64,000 nucleotides of DNA from Candidatus Parcubacteria bacterium (GTDB lineage: Bacteria; Patescibacteriota; Minisyncoccia; Phycocordibacterales; UBA2100): NCBI GenBank assembly GCA_041168925.1, contig JBEEJY010000010.1, forward strand, positions 12,430 to 76,429, given 5' to 3'. Shown here piece after piece: positions 44,641 to 54,676 of this stretch. Made by a program: the position numbers and the translations under genes. The notes beneath the pieces were generated by a model, which had not been told where the DNA came from, did no database searches, and saw only the letters and a list, made by a program, of their open reading frames with translations. Numbering within the stretch: the first letter of the stretch is position 1; every line of letters starts with the position of its first letter.

Positions 44641-45021
44641 TTATGTTTTCTCGAGTTTGCGGCGGCCGCTGGTCATCGTTTTGCGGACGTTGCCGCGTAC
44701 CGTGCGAGAATTGGTCTTGGTACGCTGCCCGCGAGCGGGGAGATGCTTCGCGTGCCGAGTACCGCGATGCGCCTTGATGTCTTTGAGACGCCGGATATTG
44801 CCGCTGATGAATCGCCGGAGTTCGCCCTCCACGCTGAATTTCTCGATCGCCTCGCGAAGCGCGGTCTCCTCTTTGGGGGAAAGTTCTTTAGGCCGTTTGC
44901 CAAAATCGATGCCGAGTTGCTCGAGCGTCGATTTCGCGCGAGGACGTCCGACGCCGTAAACGGCCGTCAGCCCGATCTCGAGCCGCTTTTCTTCCGGTAT
45001 GGTAATGCCTGCGATTCTCAT
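44641..45021 (-). CDS. rpsM: 30S ribosomal protein S13
   Basis: MRIAGITIPEEKRLEIGLTAVYGVG. Confidence 0.9.
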   Translation of the reverse strand: MRIAGITIPEEKRLEIGLTAVYGVGRPRAKSTLEQLGIDFGKRPKELSPKEETALREAIEKFSVEGELRRFISGNIRRLKDIKAHRGTRHAKHLPARGQRTKTNSRTVRGNVRKTMTSGRRKLEKT

Positions 45022-45045
45022 GATCGTACTTTGAATAATAACGCC

Positions 45046-45159
45046 TTACCCTTGCCGTTGTTTATGGCGAGGATTCTTGCAGATAACCCACAGCCGCCCG
45101 CGGCGCTTCACGGTGCGACAATGCGTGCAGATCTTCTTGACGGAGGATTTCACTTTCAT
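45046..45159 (-). CDS. rpmJ: 50S ribosomal protein L36 (37 aa; below the ORF-track length cutoff)
   Basis: Hand translation gives [37 protein letters not shown], the C..C..C..H zinc ribbon of L36, lying between infA and rpsM. Confidence 0.85.
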   Translation of the reverse strand: MKVKSSVKKICTHCRTVKRRGRLWVICKNPRHKQRQG

Positions 45160-45170
45160 GGTGGTCGGGG

Positions 45171-45377
45171 TTAGAAGCGTCGCGTAATGCGCGCTCTGCC
45201 GCCGTACGGATCAAGCCGCAATTCGACGCGATCGCCGACGAGCACTTTTATCCGGTGCAAACGCATTTTACCCGCGAGGTACGCAAGCACGGTCTCGCCG
45301 TTCTTGAGCTTCACGTTAAAAAGGGTGTTTGGGAGCGCCTCGTCGACGACACCCTCCGCAACCTCTGGCTCATGCAT
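45171..45377 (-). CDS. infA: translation initiation factor IF-1
   Basis: S1-like OB fold [31 protein letters not shown]...[12 protein letters not shown]. Start at MHEPEV assumed. Confidence 0.9.
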   Translation of the reverse strand: MHEPEVAEGVVDEALPNTLFNVKLKNGETVLAYLAGKMRLHRIKVLVGDRVELRLDPYGGRARITRRF

Positions 45378-45422
45378 ATCTGCGCGACGAAATATAGCAG
45401 CGGAAGGATGCCGAGTCAACCC

Positions 45423-46814
45423 TCATTCGGTGATCTTCGGCTCAATGACGCTCACCCGGATCTTCGAGGCATCCGGGAAGGTCGACCGCCAGAACGGTTC
45501 GATGCGCGCATGCGCTTCTTCGACGCTCGGAAAGCCGTTGACGATGACCTGGAACGCTCCCTGATCGCGGCCGGCGAGAGCCGCCGCGAGCGCTTTTTCA
45601 TCCACTTTCCAAATAAGAGTCGCGTTGCCGGTTAGAGCAAGCTGGATCGGATCCGATCCGTAATTCGGAGAACCGATGAGGCTCCCGCTGAAATCTTTGC
45701 CCGGCACGAGTCTCACGCTCGCCTCGGAATCGGCATCTGCCGCGGATGTGTGCGCGATCGCCGAGGCAAGCGCGCCATTATCGAAAATTGCCGTTTCGAC
45801 GCGTGCTTTCTCGCCGATCCGAACTCCGCTCTTTTCAGTACCGTTAGGAAGCGAGGTGTATGTGATGCGCGTGAGGCCCGGCACGATGATGCTTGTATCG
45901 CCGGCACTCACCGCCGCGCGCGCCTTGATCTCGAGCCTGCCGCGGATCGTCGCGCGCGCGGTATCTACGGCACCGGGAGCGGTGCCCGGTTCTTCGCCGA
46001 CGAATCCTCCCGACATCGCCCGATCGGAGCGTGCCGTGACTCCCGTATACATGGCGGCGTTCGACTTCAGGCCGGGCAGCGTGAATTTCGCCGTCGGCCC
46101 GATGTTGTATTTCTCGCCGACCTGGTCGGCCACGACCGACGCGCGCAGCTCTCCCGGCACCGACCCCTTTTTCCCCGGAATCGTGACGTCCTGCGCTATG
46201 CGGTAGATGAGTCCTCCGGGCGCTTCAAAGCGCGTCGATTTCACGAGATTGACCGGCGCGCCGGAGTAGTTGTTGACGATCGTGATCGCCCCGGAAGCTT
46301 TGCGCTCGGCATGCGTCGTCCCCTGCGAAGGAACGACTTCGGAATCCTCCGCGTCTGCCGTTTTCACGGTGTAGGTGAGCGTCCCCGGAGGCGCGCCCTC
46401 CGACGGATATGCGGTGAGCGGAATTGCTTCGGTGAGCACGAGCGCATGCGACTTCGGCGTAACCGTTACGCTCGTTGGCCGTAATGCGACGAACGCCAGC
46501 GCGCCCACGGCGAGCGCGAGAATGCCGGCGACGAGCCACATCCAAAAGCGTCTCCTGCGGGGGCCGACGGGTCCTCCTATCGGCGGACGGCCTGGCGGGG
46601 GCACGAGGCGCGGACGAGGGGTGCGGACCGGAGCGATGTTGCGTATACCGCGAGCCGGTGAATCGGTCTCCGCGGTGACTCGTATCGGGATATGGGTATT
46701 TTCGGAGCTATCGGCTGCGATATCTGATACTTCCGTGGAACGCTGCGCCGCGTGACGAGCATGATCGTCGCCGCCTCCGACGGGCGTTATGTCCTGAAAG
46801 TAATCGTTTGCCAT
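45423..46814 (-). CDS. hypothetical bitopic membrane protein (Pro/Arg-rich cytoplasmic N-terminus, one TM helix, large extracytoplasmic beta-rich domain)
   Basis: Start at MANDYF assumed, which avoids overlap with the upstream gene. No recognisable domain. Confidence 0.45.
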   Translation of the reverse strand: MANDYFQDITPVGGGDDHARHAAQRSTEVSDIAADSSENTHIPIRVTAETDSPARGIRNIAPVRTPRPRLVPPPGRPPIGGPVGPRRRRFWMWLVAGILALAVGALAFVALRPTSVTVTPKSHALVLTEAIPLTAYPSEGAPPGTLTYTVKTADAEDSEVVPSQGTTHAERKASGAITIVNNYSGAPVNLVKSTRFEAPGGLIYRIAQDVTIPGKKGSVPGELRASVVADQVGEKYNIGPTAKFTLPGLKSNAAMYTGVTARSDRAMSGGFVGEEPGTAPGAVDTARATIRGRLEIKARAAVSAGDTSIIVPGLTRITYTSLPNGTEKSGVRIGEKARVETAIFDNGALASAIAHTSAADADSEASVRLVPGKDFSGSLIGSPNYGSDPIQLALTGNATLIWKVDEKALAAALAGRDQGAFQVIVNGFPSVEEAHARIEPFWRSTFPDASKIRVSVIEPKITE

Positions 46815-46827
46815 CCTCTCCAGTATA

Positions 46828-48000
46828 TCAAGCTCTGATGCCGCGTCTGTCTTCGATGTTGACAAGTGCGATGCCGAGCGAGAGCGCCGCGTCTGGAACG
46901 ACCCCGTGCTCGGGTACGACCCATCGCGAAAGATCGGGAAGCGAGACGGTGACGATCGTGAAAGGCCGCGTCGTTTGCGTAAATTGACCGAAGTCGATGC
47001 GGGAAAAGAAGCCGGTAAGCCACGACAAGAGGTCGGGGTGGCCTACGAGCACGAGCCGGTTCGGAAGCCGGCGATGAGCCGCGCATTGCGTCATAGCCTC
47101 CCCGAAAATGCGCACGAGCTCCGACTCGGCGGCCGCGAGCGAAGTCTGGAGCGCTTCGCAAGCCGCGCTCGAGCACTGATCGCGCGAGAGCATGCGCATG
47201 AGCGTAAGCGTCTCTTCCGGCATGCCCGACGGCGCGATGCGCTTCAAGATGCTTTTCATCCCCTCGGAGATAAACGCATGCTCGCTCGGCGCGCCCGCGC
47301 GCACGGCGCACAAATTCGTCCCCTCGCTCCCCATATCGACGATGAAGTAATCGTCTTCGGGTGCCGGCAGCTCCCGCAGGACGGTGAGGAGCGCGCGGAT
47401 CGACGAGCGCATCGCGGGCTCGCTTTGCGGGAATATTTTTTGCACCGATTGAAGCGCGTACTGCCGGGCGCTCGCATTGCACTCGCTCACAAGCGCGAGC
47501 GTGCGAAGCGAATGCGCTTTCTTCCCCACCGGCGCGCCCGTGGGATAGCCGTTGAGCTCCACTCGCACGACACTTGCTTCAAGCAAAGTATTGCGATCGA
47601 TATCCTTTTCCTCGGCCAGCGCTTTTTGCGCGAGTTCGCCGATCATGGACGACGTGATCGTAGTCTCGCTTTCGAATTTCATGCTTGCTCGCGCCGTGCG
47701 GGATCTGCTCCACGGCGCTCGCACGATGAGGTAGAGCGAATCGAACGCCCGAGCCTTCTTTCCGGCGCGCTCCGCATACTCTTTCAGCATTTGCGCGCCC
47801 GTCTTTTCCACCTCCTCGGCGATGCCTTTGAGCGTCGCGTCTTCGCTTCGCTCCTCGAGCGGAAGAATGGCGCGACGAGCCGCAAATACTCGCGCGGGCT
47901 CGTCGGGGCGCATATGCGCGATGCCGATCGCGGCAGTCCCGCTCCCGATATCAGCAACGGCAAAAACTTTCTCACCTCGTTTCCCAAAGAGGTTGAACAT
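46828..48000 (-). CDS. actin-like ATPase (ASKHA superfamily; FtsA/PilM/Ppx-GppA-like), function unresolved
   Basis: Phosphate-1 motif VFAVADIGSGTAAIGIA and a second DMGSEGTNL-type motif. Confidence 0.45.
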   Translation of the reverse strand: MFNLFGKRGEKVFAVADIGSGTAAIGIAHMRPDEPARVFAARRAILPLEERSEDATLKGIAEEVEKTGAQMLKEYAERAGKKARAFDSLYLIVRAPWSRSRTARASMKFESETTITSSMIGELAQKALAEEKDIDRNTLLEASVVRVELNGYPTGAPVGKKAHSLRTLALVSECNASARQYALQSVQKIFPQSEPAMRSSIRALLTVLRELPAPEDDYFIVDMGSEGTNLCAVRAGAPSEHAFISEGMKSILKRIAPSGMPEETLTLMRMLSRDQCSSAACEALQTSLAAAESELVRIFGEAMTQCAAHRRLPNRLVLVGHPDLLSWLTGFFSRIDFGQFTQTTRPFTIVTVSLPDLSRWVVPEHGVVPDAALSLGIALVNIEDRRGIRA

Positions 48001-48022
48001 CGCAGCCAGTATAGCAAGGATT

Positions 48023-49912
48023 TCAAACCAAGACCGCTTTTATGCGGCGCACGCCTGCGGCTACCGCCTCCTCCTTCTGTATCTTGAACGTACCCTGCAA
48101 CTGCGAAGTATTCTGTACATGCGGCCCGCCGCAAAATTCGATTGAAAATGCGCTCGCGAGCGGACCCACGGAATATACCGTCACGCGGTCGGGATATTTC
48201 GCTCCGAATTCGCGCTCCGCGCCGAGTTTCTCCGCCTCGTCTTTCGCCATTTCGGTGCGGATGACCGGGATACCTTCCTGTATCTTTTCATTGACGATAC
48301 GCTCCACTTCGGCGACTTGCTCCTTCGTCATCTTCTCGCCGTGAGAGAAATCGATACGCAACCGCTCCTGCGTGATATTGCTGCCGCGCTGCTTCACGTG
48401 AGGTCCAAGAACGATTTGCAGGGCCTTGAGCAGAAGGTGGTGCGCGGTGTGCAAGCGCGTGGTTTTTTCCGAGGCGTCTGCGAGCCCGCCCTTGAACTTT
48501 TGCTCGCTTCCTGATCGCGACATGTCCTGATGCTTTTTCATCAGCTCGCGAAAACCGGCTTCATCGACGCTGGTCCCGCGCTCTTTGGCTAACTCCGCCG
48601 TCATCTCGAATGGAAATCCGTACGTGGTGAATAAGACATACGCTTCTCGCGCTTCCACGCGTCCGGTCGAAGCGATCTTCTCGAACTCTTTCATCCCCTT
48701 TTCGAGTGTGCGCGCAAACTGCACCTCTTCTTTCCAGATCTCATTCCTGATGAGCTCGTACGCTTCTTCGCTCGAGAGCTCCGGATACGCCTGCTTGTAT
48801 TTCTCGATCGCGACGACAGCACAGCGCACCAGCATGCTGTCTTCTCGCTTTTCGGCGCTGATGCCGAGCTTTTGCGCATGCTGCGAAGCACGACGAATGA
48901 GACGGCGAAGCACGTAGCCGCGCTCGGTGTTGGACGGCCGCACGCCGTCGCCGAGCATAAAGGTGGCCGCGCGCATATGATCGGCGACGATACGAAAACT
49001 GCGCTTGTAGCGGGAATCGTCGTACTCCTTGCCGGAAAAGTGCCCGAGAAGCGCGATCAAGTCCGCGAAGGCATCGATGCCAAACATGTCCCCGTCGCCG
49101 CGCGCCGCCATCGCGATGCGCTCCAACCCGCCCCCGAAATCCACGTTCTGCTTCGGCAAGAGCGCGAACGAGCCGTCTTCTTTTTTGAGGTACTGCATGA
49201 ACACGGAATTGCCTATCTCCAGGAATCGTCCGCAGTCGCAATTGGGATGGCACTCCGCACCGAACCTCAAATCGTGCGGCGTACCGAAATCATAAAAGAC
49301 CTCCGAGTCGGGCCCGCCAGGCTCGCCCGCAGGCATGTTCTCCGGCACGCCCGATCGGCTCCACCAATTCTTCTTCGCGTCGTAGTAAAAAATCCGCCCC
49401 TCCCGCATGCCGAGGCGGTAGCCGTCGGCTTCGCTGCCAATCTCGACTATTTTTGCTTCGATGCCTTTGTCGGTGAAAAGATCTTGCCATATCTGCGCGG
49501 ATTCGGTATCGCGCGGCACATTGTTTTTCTCATCGCCGATGAATGCCGTGACGTAAAGATTCTTCGGATCGAGGCCTACTTCTTCCGTCAGGAACTGGAA
49601 AAACCACGGCAGCTGTTCCTTCTTGAAATAATCGCCGAGCGACCAGTTGCCGAGCATCTCGAAAAAGGTCGTGTGCCTGTTGTCGCCCACTTCCTCGATA
49701 TCTTCCGCGCGGAAACTTTTCTGGCTGTCGGCGAGCCGGCTTCCCTTCGGGTGCGGCGCGCCCAAGAGATACGTGATGAGCGGCTGCATGCCGCTTCCGG
49801 TGAAAAGGGTGGTGGGGTCGTTCTGCGGCACAAGCGAAGCCGACGGTATCACCGTGTGCCCCCGCGCCTTGAAAAAATCGAGGTATTTCGAGCGGATTTC
49901 GTTAATCGTCAT
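48023..49912 (-). CDS. alaS: alanyl-tRNA synthetase, short form (catalytic + tRNA-recognition + editing domains; no C-Ala domain)
   Basis: N-terminal class II motifs, the editing-domain HxxxH (HTAHHLLLKAL), and a C-terminal GGPHV. It is 629 aa versus about 870 typical. Confidence 0.9.
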   Translation of the reverse strand: MTINEIRSKYLDFFKARGHTVIPSASLVPQNDPTTLFTGSGMQPLITYLLGAPHPKGSRLADSQKSFRAEDIEEVGDNRHTTFFEMLGNWSLGDYFKKEQLPWFFQFLTEEVGLDPKNLYVTAFIGDEKNNVPRDTESAQIWQDLFTDKGIEAKIVEIGSEADGYRLGMREGRIFYYDAKKNWWSRSGVPENMPAGEPGGPDSEVFYDFGTPHDLRFGAECHPNCDCGRFLEIGNSVFMQYLKKEDGSFALLPKQNVDFGGGLERIAMAARGDGDMFGIDAFADLIALLGHFSGKEYDDSRYKRSFRIVADHMRAATFMLGDGVRPSNTERGYVLRRLIRRASQHAQKLGISAEKREDSMLVRCAVVAIEKYKQAYPELSSEEAYELIRNEIWKEEVQFARTLEKGMKEFEKIASTGRVEAREAYVLFTTYGFPFEMTAELAKERGTSVDEAGFRELMKKHQDMSRSGSEQKFKGGLADASEKTTRLHTAHHLLLKALQIVLGPHVKQRGSNITQERLRIDFSHGEKMTKEQVAEVERIVNEKIQEGIPVIRTEMAKDEAEKLGAEREFGAKYPDRVTVYSVGPLASAFSIEFCGGPHVQNTSQLQGTFKIQKEEAVAAGVRRIKAVLV

Positions 49913-49977
49913 TAAGATAAAGTAGCCTGTATGCAGGTTTTGCGCAATAGATAAGAGCGCGCTACTATGCGCCGCAC

Positions 49978-51249
49978 ATGAAGTACAACCTCCATACGCT
50001 CAAAAACGGTCTGCGCATCGTGCTCGCGCCGATGCCGGGCAATAAGACAGCGACAGTCATCGTGATGTCGGGCACCGGCTCGCGCTATGAAGACGAGAAG
50101 GAGAATGGGCTCGCGCACTTCTTGGAGCACATGTTTTTCAAAGGCACCAAGAAACGGCCAAGCGCCAAGGCGATAAGCGAGGAGCTGGATGCCGTCGGTG
50201 CCGTTTACAACGCCTTCACCGCCAAGGAGCGCACCGCCTACTACGCCAAAGTCTCCGCCCGTTACCTCGATACCGCGCTCGACGTCATCTCCGATATCTT
50301 CGTCAATTCCCTCCTGCCGGAAAAAGAGATAACGAAAGAGCGCGGTGCCATCATCCAGGAGATAGATATGTATGAGGACATGCCGATGCGCACGGTTGAT
50401 AATGTATTCGACGAAATGCTCTTCGGCAAAGAGCATCCGCTCGGCCGCACCATCCTCGGGCCCAAAGAGAACATCCGCACCTTCACACGAAAAGATTTCG
50501 CCGCCTACCTCAAGCGCAACTACACGTCGCTCAATACAGTGGTCTGCATCGCCGGTTCTTTCGACGAAAAAAAGGTACTGGCGAAAATAACGAAAGATTT
50601 TGGCGGCTTGAAGCATGGCAACCCGCCCGATTTCATCCGCTTCGCTCCCGAGCAGGACAAGCCGCGGGTCATGATAAAAGAAAAGCAAACGGACCAGACG
50701 CACTTCATGCTCGGCGTCCCGGCCTTCCCCTACCTCCACAAAGACGAATTCGCCCTCGCGGTGCTCTCGGCCATCCTCGGCTCTGGCATGTCGAGCCGCC
50801 TTTTTCTCGAAGTGCGCGAGAAGCGCGGGCTCGCATACTCCGTCCACTCATGGGTGGAGCGCTATCCTGATACCGGAACTTTCGTCGTCCAGGCAGGTGT
50901 CGAGCATGCGAAGCTGGAGCAGACGGTGAAGACTATCCTTGGTGAGTTCAAGAAAATTAAGAGGACGAAAGTATCGGCGGCAGAGCTCGCGAAGGCGAAG
51001 CAATTCATCAAAGGCACGATGACGCTCTCGCTCGAGACGAGTGATGAGATAGCGCAGCACGCAGCGAGCGCTATGATAAATATCGGCCGTGTACGCCCGC
51101 TCGAAGAAATCATCAAAGGCATCGACGGCGTCACCGCCGCCGAAGTCCAACGCGTCGCCCGCGACCTTCTCCAGACCAACCGCCTCAACCTCGCCATCAT
51201 CGGCCCGCATATCTCGAAAGCCAGTCTTGTTTCTCTACTGAAAGTCTAA
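49978..51249 (+). CDS. M16-family zinc peptidase (insulinase-like)
   Basis: Inverted zincin motif HFLEHMFFKGT plus a downstream E; two-lobed M16 architecture. Confidence 0.85.
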   Translation: MKYNLHTLKNGLRIVLAPMPGNKTATVIVMSGTGSRYEDEKENGLAHFLEHMFFKGTKKRPSAKAISEELDAVGAVYNAFTAKERTAYYAKVSARYLDTALDVISDIFVNSLLPEKEITKERGAIIQEIDMYEDMPMRTVDNVFDEMLFGKEHPLGRTILGPKENIRTFTRKDFAAYLKRNYTSLNTVVCIAGSFDEKKVLAKITKDFGGLKHGNPPDFIRFAPEQDKPRVMIKEKQTDQTHFMLGVPAFPYLHKDEFALAVLSAILGSGMSSRLFLEVREKRGLAYSVHSWVERYPDTGTFVVQAGVEHAKLEQTVKTILGEFKKIKRTKVSAAELAKAKQFIKGTMTLSLETSDEIAQHAASAMINIGRVRPLEEIIKGIDGVTAAEVQRVARDLLQTNRLNLAIIGPHISKASLVSLLKV

Positions 51250-51313
51250 ACCTCTTCAGATTCTTCCGAGAGATTTTTTTAGGATGCCGGCTATGCACAG
51301 AGTTCGCTCCGGC

Positions 51314-51357
51314 GAGGTACACTAAATGTATGCTATAGCATATATTTAGTGTACCTC
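51314..51357. repeat. 44-bp AT-rich near-perfect palindrome GAGGTACACTAAATGTATGCTATAGCATATATTTAGTGTACCTC (TACACT-N8-GCTATAGC-N8-AGTGTA core)
   Basis: Lies between the convergent M16 peptidase and ung genes. Shares the core architecture with two elements flanking the PaaX-like gene. Confidence 0.6.
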
Positions 51358-51410
51358 TCTTGCGCGCGAATCTGCCCTTCTTACCTCATGACGAACACTC
51401 TTACTCTCAG

Positions 51411-52091
51411 CTACAACCAGTCAATCGGCTCTTTCTCGTACTTTTTTAAATATTCGTTGGCGCGGCTGAACGGCTTGGAGCCGAAAAAGCCGCTGAAGGC
51501 GGAAAAGGGCGAGGGGTGCGCGGATTCGATGACGCAATGCTTCTCGCGGTCGATGTACGCGCCTTTCTGCTTGGCGTAGTTGCCCCATAAGATGAAGACG
51601 AGATTTCCTTTTTCTTCCGACAACGCGCGGATGACGGCGTCGGTAAATTTTTCCCATCCCTTCCCCTGATGCGAGCCCGCGGTTCGAGCCTTCACTGTAA
51701 GCGTTGCATTCAATAAGAGCACTCCCTGTTTCGCCCAGCGTTCTAAATCCCCCGTCCGATGAACTAATTTCTGACCGAGATCGCTCTCGATCTCTTTAAA
51801 AATATTCTGGAGCGAGGGCGGCAACGCGACACCTTCGCCGACAGCAAAGCAAAGCCCATTGGCCTGTCCCGGCCCGTGGTACGGGTCTTGCCCCAAGATG
51901 ACGACCTCGACTTTGTCGAACGGGGTAAGCTCGAAGGCGCGAAAGATATTTTTCGGCGCAGGATACACGATCGCGTGCCGGTATTCCTCTTTGACGAATT
52001 TCCGGAGTTCGCTGAAATATTCCTGCCCGAATTCATCCTGCAGCACCTTCTTCCACGACGATTCTATCTTGACGTCCGTCTCGCCACTCAT
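51411..52091 (-). CDS. ung: uracil-DNA glycosylase, family 1
   Basis: GQDPYHGPGQANGLCF (water-activating loop) and C-terminal HPSPFS motifs. Confidence 0.9.
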   Translation of the reverse strand: MSGETDVKIESSWKKVLQDEFGQEYFSELRKFVKEEYRHAIVYPAPKNIFRAFELTPFDKVEVVILGQDPYHGPGQANGLCFAVGEGVALPPSLQNIFKEIESDLGQKLVHRTGDLERWAKQGVLLLNATLTVKARTAGSHQGKGWEKFTDAVIRALSEEKGNLVFILWGNYAKQKGAYIDREKHCVIESAHPSPFSAFSGFFGSKPFSRANEYLKKYEKEPIDWL

Positions 52092-52093
52092 GC

Positions 52094-53422
52094 TTACCAG
52101 ATCTCACTCGGAGCAACGTTGTTTGATTTGGTCGCGGAAAGAGGCATGCCGTCCTTGGTCGGTTTTTTCGGCCACTTGTCTATCACTTTCGTCTTCAAGC
52201 CGATGCGATTCAGCACTTTGATAAAAGGGTCGGGGTCGAGCTCTTCGGCATTGACCATGGTGTGTGGCGCCCAAATCCCCTTCGCGACGAGGATGGCGGC
52301 TGCGATGGGCGGTACGCCGGCGGTGTAGGAGATGGCCTGCGACTCGACTTCCCTGTAGCACTTGGCGTGGTCGCAGTTGTTGTAGATGAATACCTCGCGC
52401 CACTTCCCATTCTTCCACCCCTTCACGAGGTCGGCGATGCACGTCCAGCCCGTGTACGTCTTTGCGAGCGATGCCGGGTCGGGCAAAACGGCTTTCAGCA
52501 CTTTGAGCGGCACCACCTTGACCCCCTCGGCGGTCGTGACCGGCTTTTCGGAGAGCATGCCGAGATTGCGCAGCACACCAAAGACATTGAGATAGTGATC
52601 GCCGAAGCCCATCCAGAAGCGGATACTCTTGGCATCAATATTTTTCGAAAGTGAATGCAGTTCATCGTGGCCGTTGAGGTAGACCGGGCGCGAGCCGACG
52701 ACCGGGAAGGTGTAGTCCCACCGCTCGCTATGTACCGGGCGTACGACCCATTTGCGATTGATCCACGTCCACACTTTCTTGAACTCGCGGAAATTTATCT
52801 CCGGGTCGAAGTTGGTGGCGAAATATTTGCCATGGCTGCCGGCATTGACGTCGAGAATGTCTATCGTGTCTATCTTGTCGAAATAATTTTTCTTCGCAAG
52901 CGCCGCCCATACATTGACGACGCCCGGGTCGAAACCGATACCGAGGATGGCGTTGATGCCCGCTTTTTTACAAGCAGCCCGTTTCTTCCATTCATAATTC
53001 GCGTACCATGGCGGATCTTCTGCGACTTTGGTCGGATCTTCGTGGATGGCGGTGTCCATGTAGGTTACCGGGCGGCCGTTCACCTCTTTTGCACGGATAC
53101 ACGCCTCCAAGACCGACATATTGATGTAAGCCGTGCCGAGATTGATCACGATGGACGAATTCGTGTCCTTGATGAGTTTCGTCATCGCGGAAATGTTCAT
53201 CGCATCTATCTCTCGCGAGTAGAGCTTCGCATTCTTATCTTTCTTGCTCCCCTTGCGTTTGATGCTGGCGATGATGGCGTCGGCTTTGGCGCGCTTGCGC
53301 GAGGCGATGCAGATATCTCCGAGGACGTCGTTGTTTTGCGCCGCTTTGTGTGCGGCCACATGAGCGACGGCACCCGCGCCCACAATCAGTACGTTTGGTT
53401 TTGTGTTTTTCATGACCTGCAA
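52094..53422 (-). CDS. carboxynorspermidine synthase/dehydrogenase (saccharopine dehydrogenase family)
   Basis: Rossmann fold VLIVGAGAVAHVAAHKAA and a saccharopine dehydrogenase-like C-terminus; adjacent to the carboxynorspermidine decarboxylase gene. Confidence 0.75.
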   Translation of the reverse strand: MQVMKNTKPNVLIVGAGAVAHVAAHKAAQNNDVLGDICIASRKRAKADAIIASIKRKGSKKDKNAKLYSREIDAMNISAMTKLIKDTNSSIVINLGTAYINMSVLEACIRAKEVNGRPVTYMDTAIHEDPTKVAEDPPWYANYEWKKRAACKKAGINAILGIGFDPGVVNVWAALAKKNYFDKIDTIDILDVNAGSHGKYFATNFDPEINFREFKKVWTWINRKWVVRPVHSERWDYTFPVVGSRPVYLNGHDELHSLSKNIDAKSIRFWMGFGDHYLNVFGVLRNLGMLSEKPVTTAEGVKVVPLKVLKAVLPDPASLAKTYTGWTCIADLVKGWKNGKWREVFIYNNCDHAKCYREVESQAISYTAGVPPIAAAILVAKGIWAPHTMVNAEELDPDPFIKVLNRIGLKTKVIDKWPKKPTKDGMPLSATKSNNVAPSEIW

Positions 53423-53434
53423 ACTGTCGACCTT

Positions 53435-54592
53435 CTAACCGGTAACCGCTCCCAGGCTTCCCTCGAAATCATCGTAGGTAAATTCTCGTACGACGTCAAC
53501 AGCGCCGTCGAGCCGCTTCACGACTATCGAGGGCATCTGCACGCCGTTGAACCAGTTCATCTTCACCATGGTGTAGCGCGCCGCTTGATCGAACACGACA
53601 TAATCGCCGACTTTCAACGGCTCCGGGAGGTCATAGGTGCCCCATATGTCTCCCGCAAGACAGGTATTACCAGCGACCATGAAGCGATTCGGACCCGTCG
53701 CTTTCTCGGCGAGCGTCGCATCTTCGTGATAGACGAGATTATCGAGCATATGCGTCTCCACGGCCGCGTTTATGATGGCAATTTTGAGCTCGTTCTCGAC
53801 GATGTCTTGCACCTGCGTCACCAGAAATCCGGTGCCGAGCACCGACGCCTCGCCAGGCTCTAAGTAAACTTGTACGTCATAGTCGGTCGCGAATTTCTTC
53901 AGCCGGTCGCAGAATTTATCGAGCGGATAGCCTTCGTCGGTAAACGCGATACCGCCGCCGAGCGATACCCACTCCATTTTTTTAAGAAGCGGCCCGTATC
54001 TCTCCCCAATCGTATCGACGATTTTTGAAAACGCATTAAAATCCGTGTTCTCGCAATTTACGTGGAACATAAGCCCCTGTATCTTGTCTGCGACCTTCTC
54101 GATGGCCGCGATGTCCTTCACCCCAAGACGGCTCGCCTTGCGCGCCGGATCAGCGAGATCGAAGTGCGAGTGGCTCACGCCCGGATTGGCCCGCAACCCA
54201 AGATTCTTTCCTTTCACATCCGGATAAAACCGCTCCAGCTGCGAAACGGAATTGAAGATTATCTTGTCGGCAAAGGTTTTAAGCTCGTCTATGTCTTTTT
54301 GCGACCACGCGACGCTGTAGCCTTGCGTCTCGCCACCGAATTTCTCATGCCCCAGGCGCGCCTCGTAGAGCGCGCTCGAAGTAGTCCCGGCCATGTACTT
54401 GCTCATGAGTGGGAAAACAGACCACGTCGAGAAGCATTTGAGCGCTAAAACCGCTTTCGCGCCGCTTTTGTCCCGAACATATTTCATCTTTTCCATGTTC
54501 TTCAGGAGCCGCGCCTCATCGAGCAGATAGTATGGCGTCTGCAATTCCTTGTGCGCTTTCACAAAATCCCAAATCGATTCTTCTTTTGACAT
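53435..54592 (-). CDS. nspC: carboxynorspermidine/carboxyspermidine decarboxylase (PLP-dependent, fold type III)
   Basis: ODC/DapDC-like TIM barrel with a PLP lysine region (AVLALKCF) and a C-terminal beta domain; paired with the dehydrogenase upstream. Confidence 0.8.
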   Translation of the reverse strand: MSKEESIWDFVKAHKELQTPYYLLDEARLLKNMEKMKYVRDKSGAKAVLALKCFSTWSVFPLMSKYMAGTTSSALYEARLGHEKFGGETQGYSVAWSQKDIDELKTFADKIIFNSVSQLERFYPDVKGKNLGLRANPGVSHSHFDLADPARKASRLGVKDIAAIEKVADKIQGLMFHVNCENTDFNAFSKIVDTIGERYGPLLKKMEWVSLGGGIAFTDEGYPLDKFCDRLKKFATDYDVQVYLEPGEASVLGTGFLVTQVQDIVENELKIAIINAAVETHMLDNLVYHEDATLAEKATGPNRFMVAGNTCLAGDIWGTYDLPEPLKVGDYVVFDQAARYTMVKMNWFNGVQMPSIVVKRLDGAVDVVREFTYDDFEGSLGAVTG

Positions 54593-54676
54593 CGTTCGCA
54601 CTATATCACATAGTGTCTCGCAGTCCTGTTCCGGTTGGCCGGCAGGCGGACTAACACAAATTCTGACAGGTGTATC

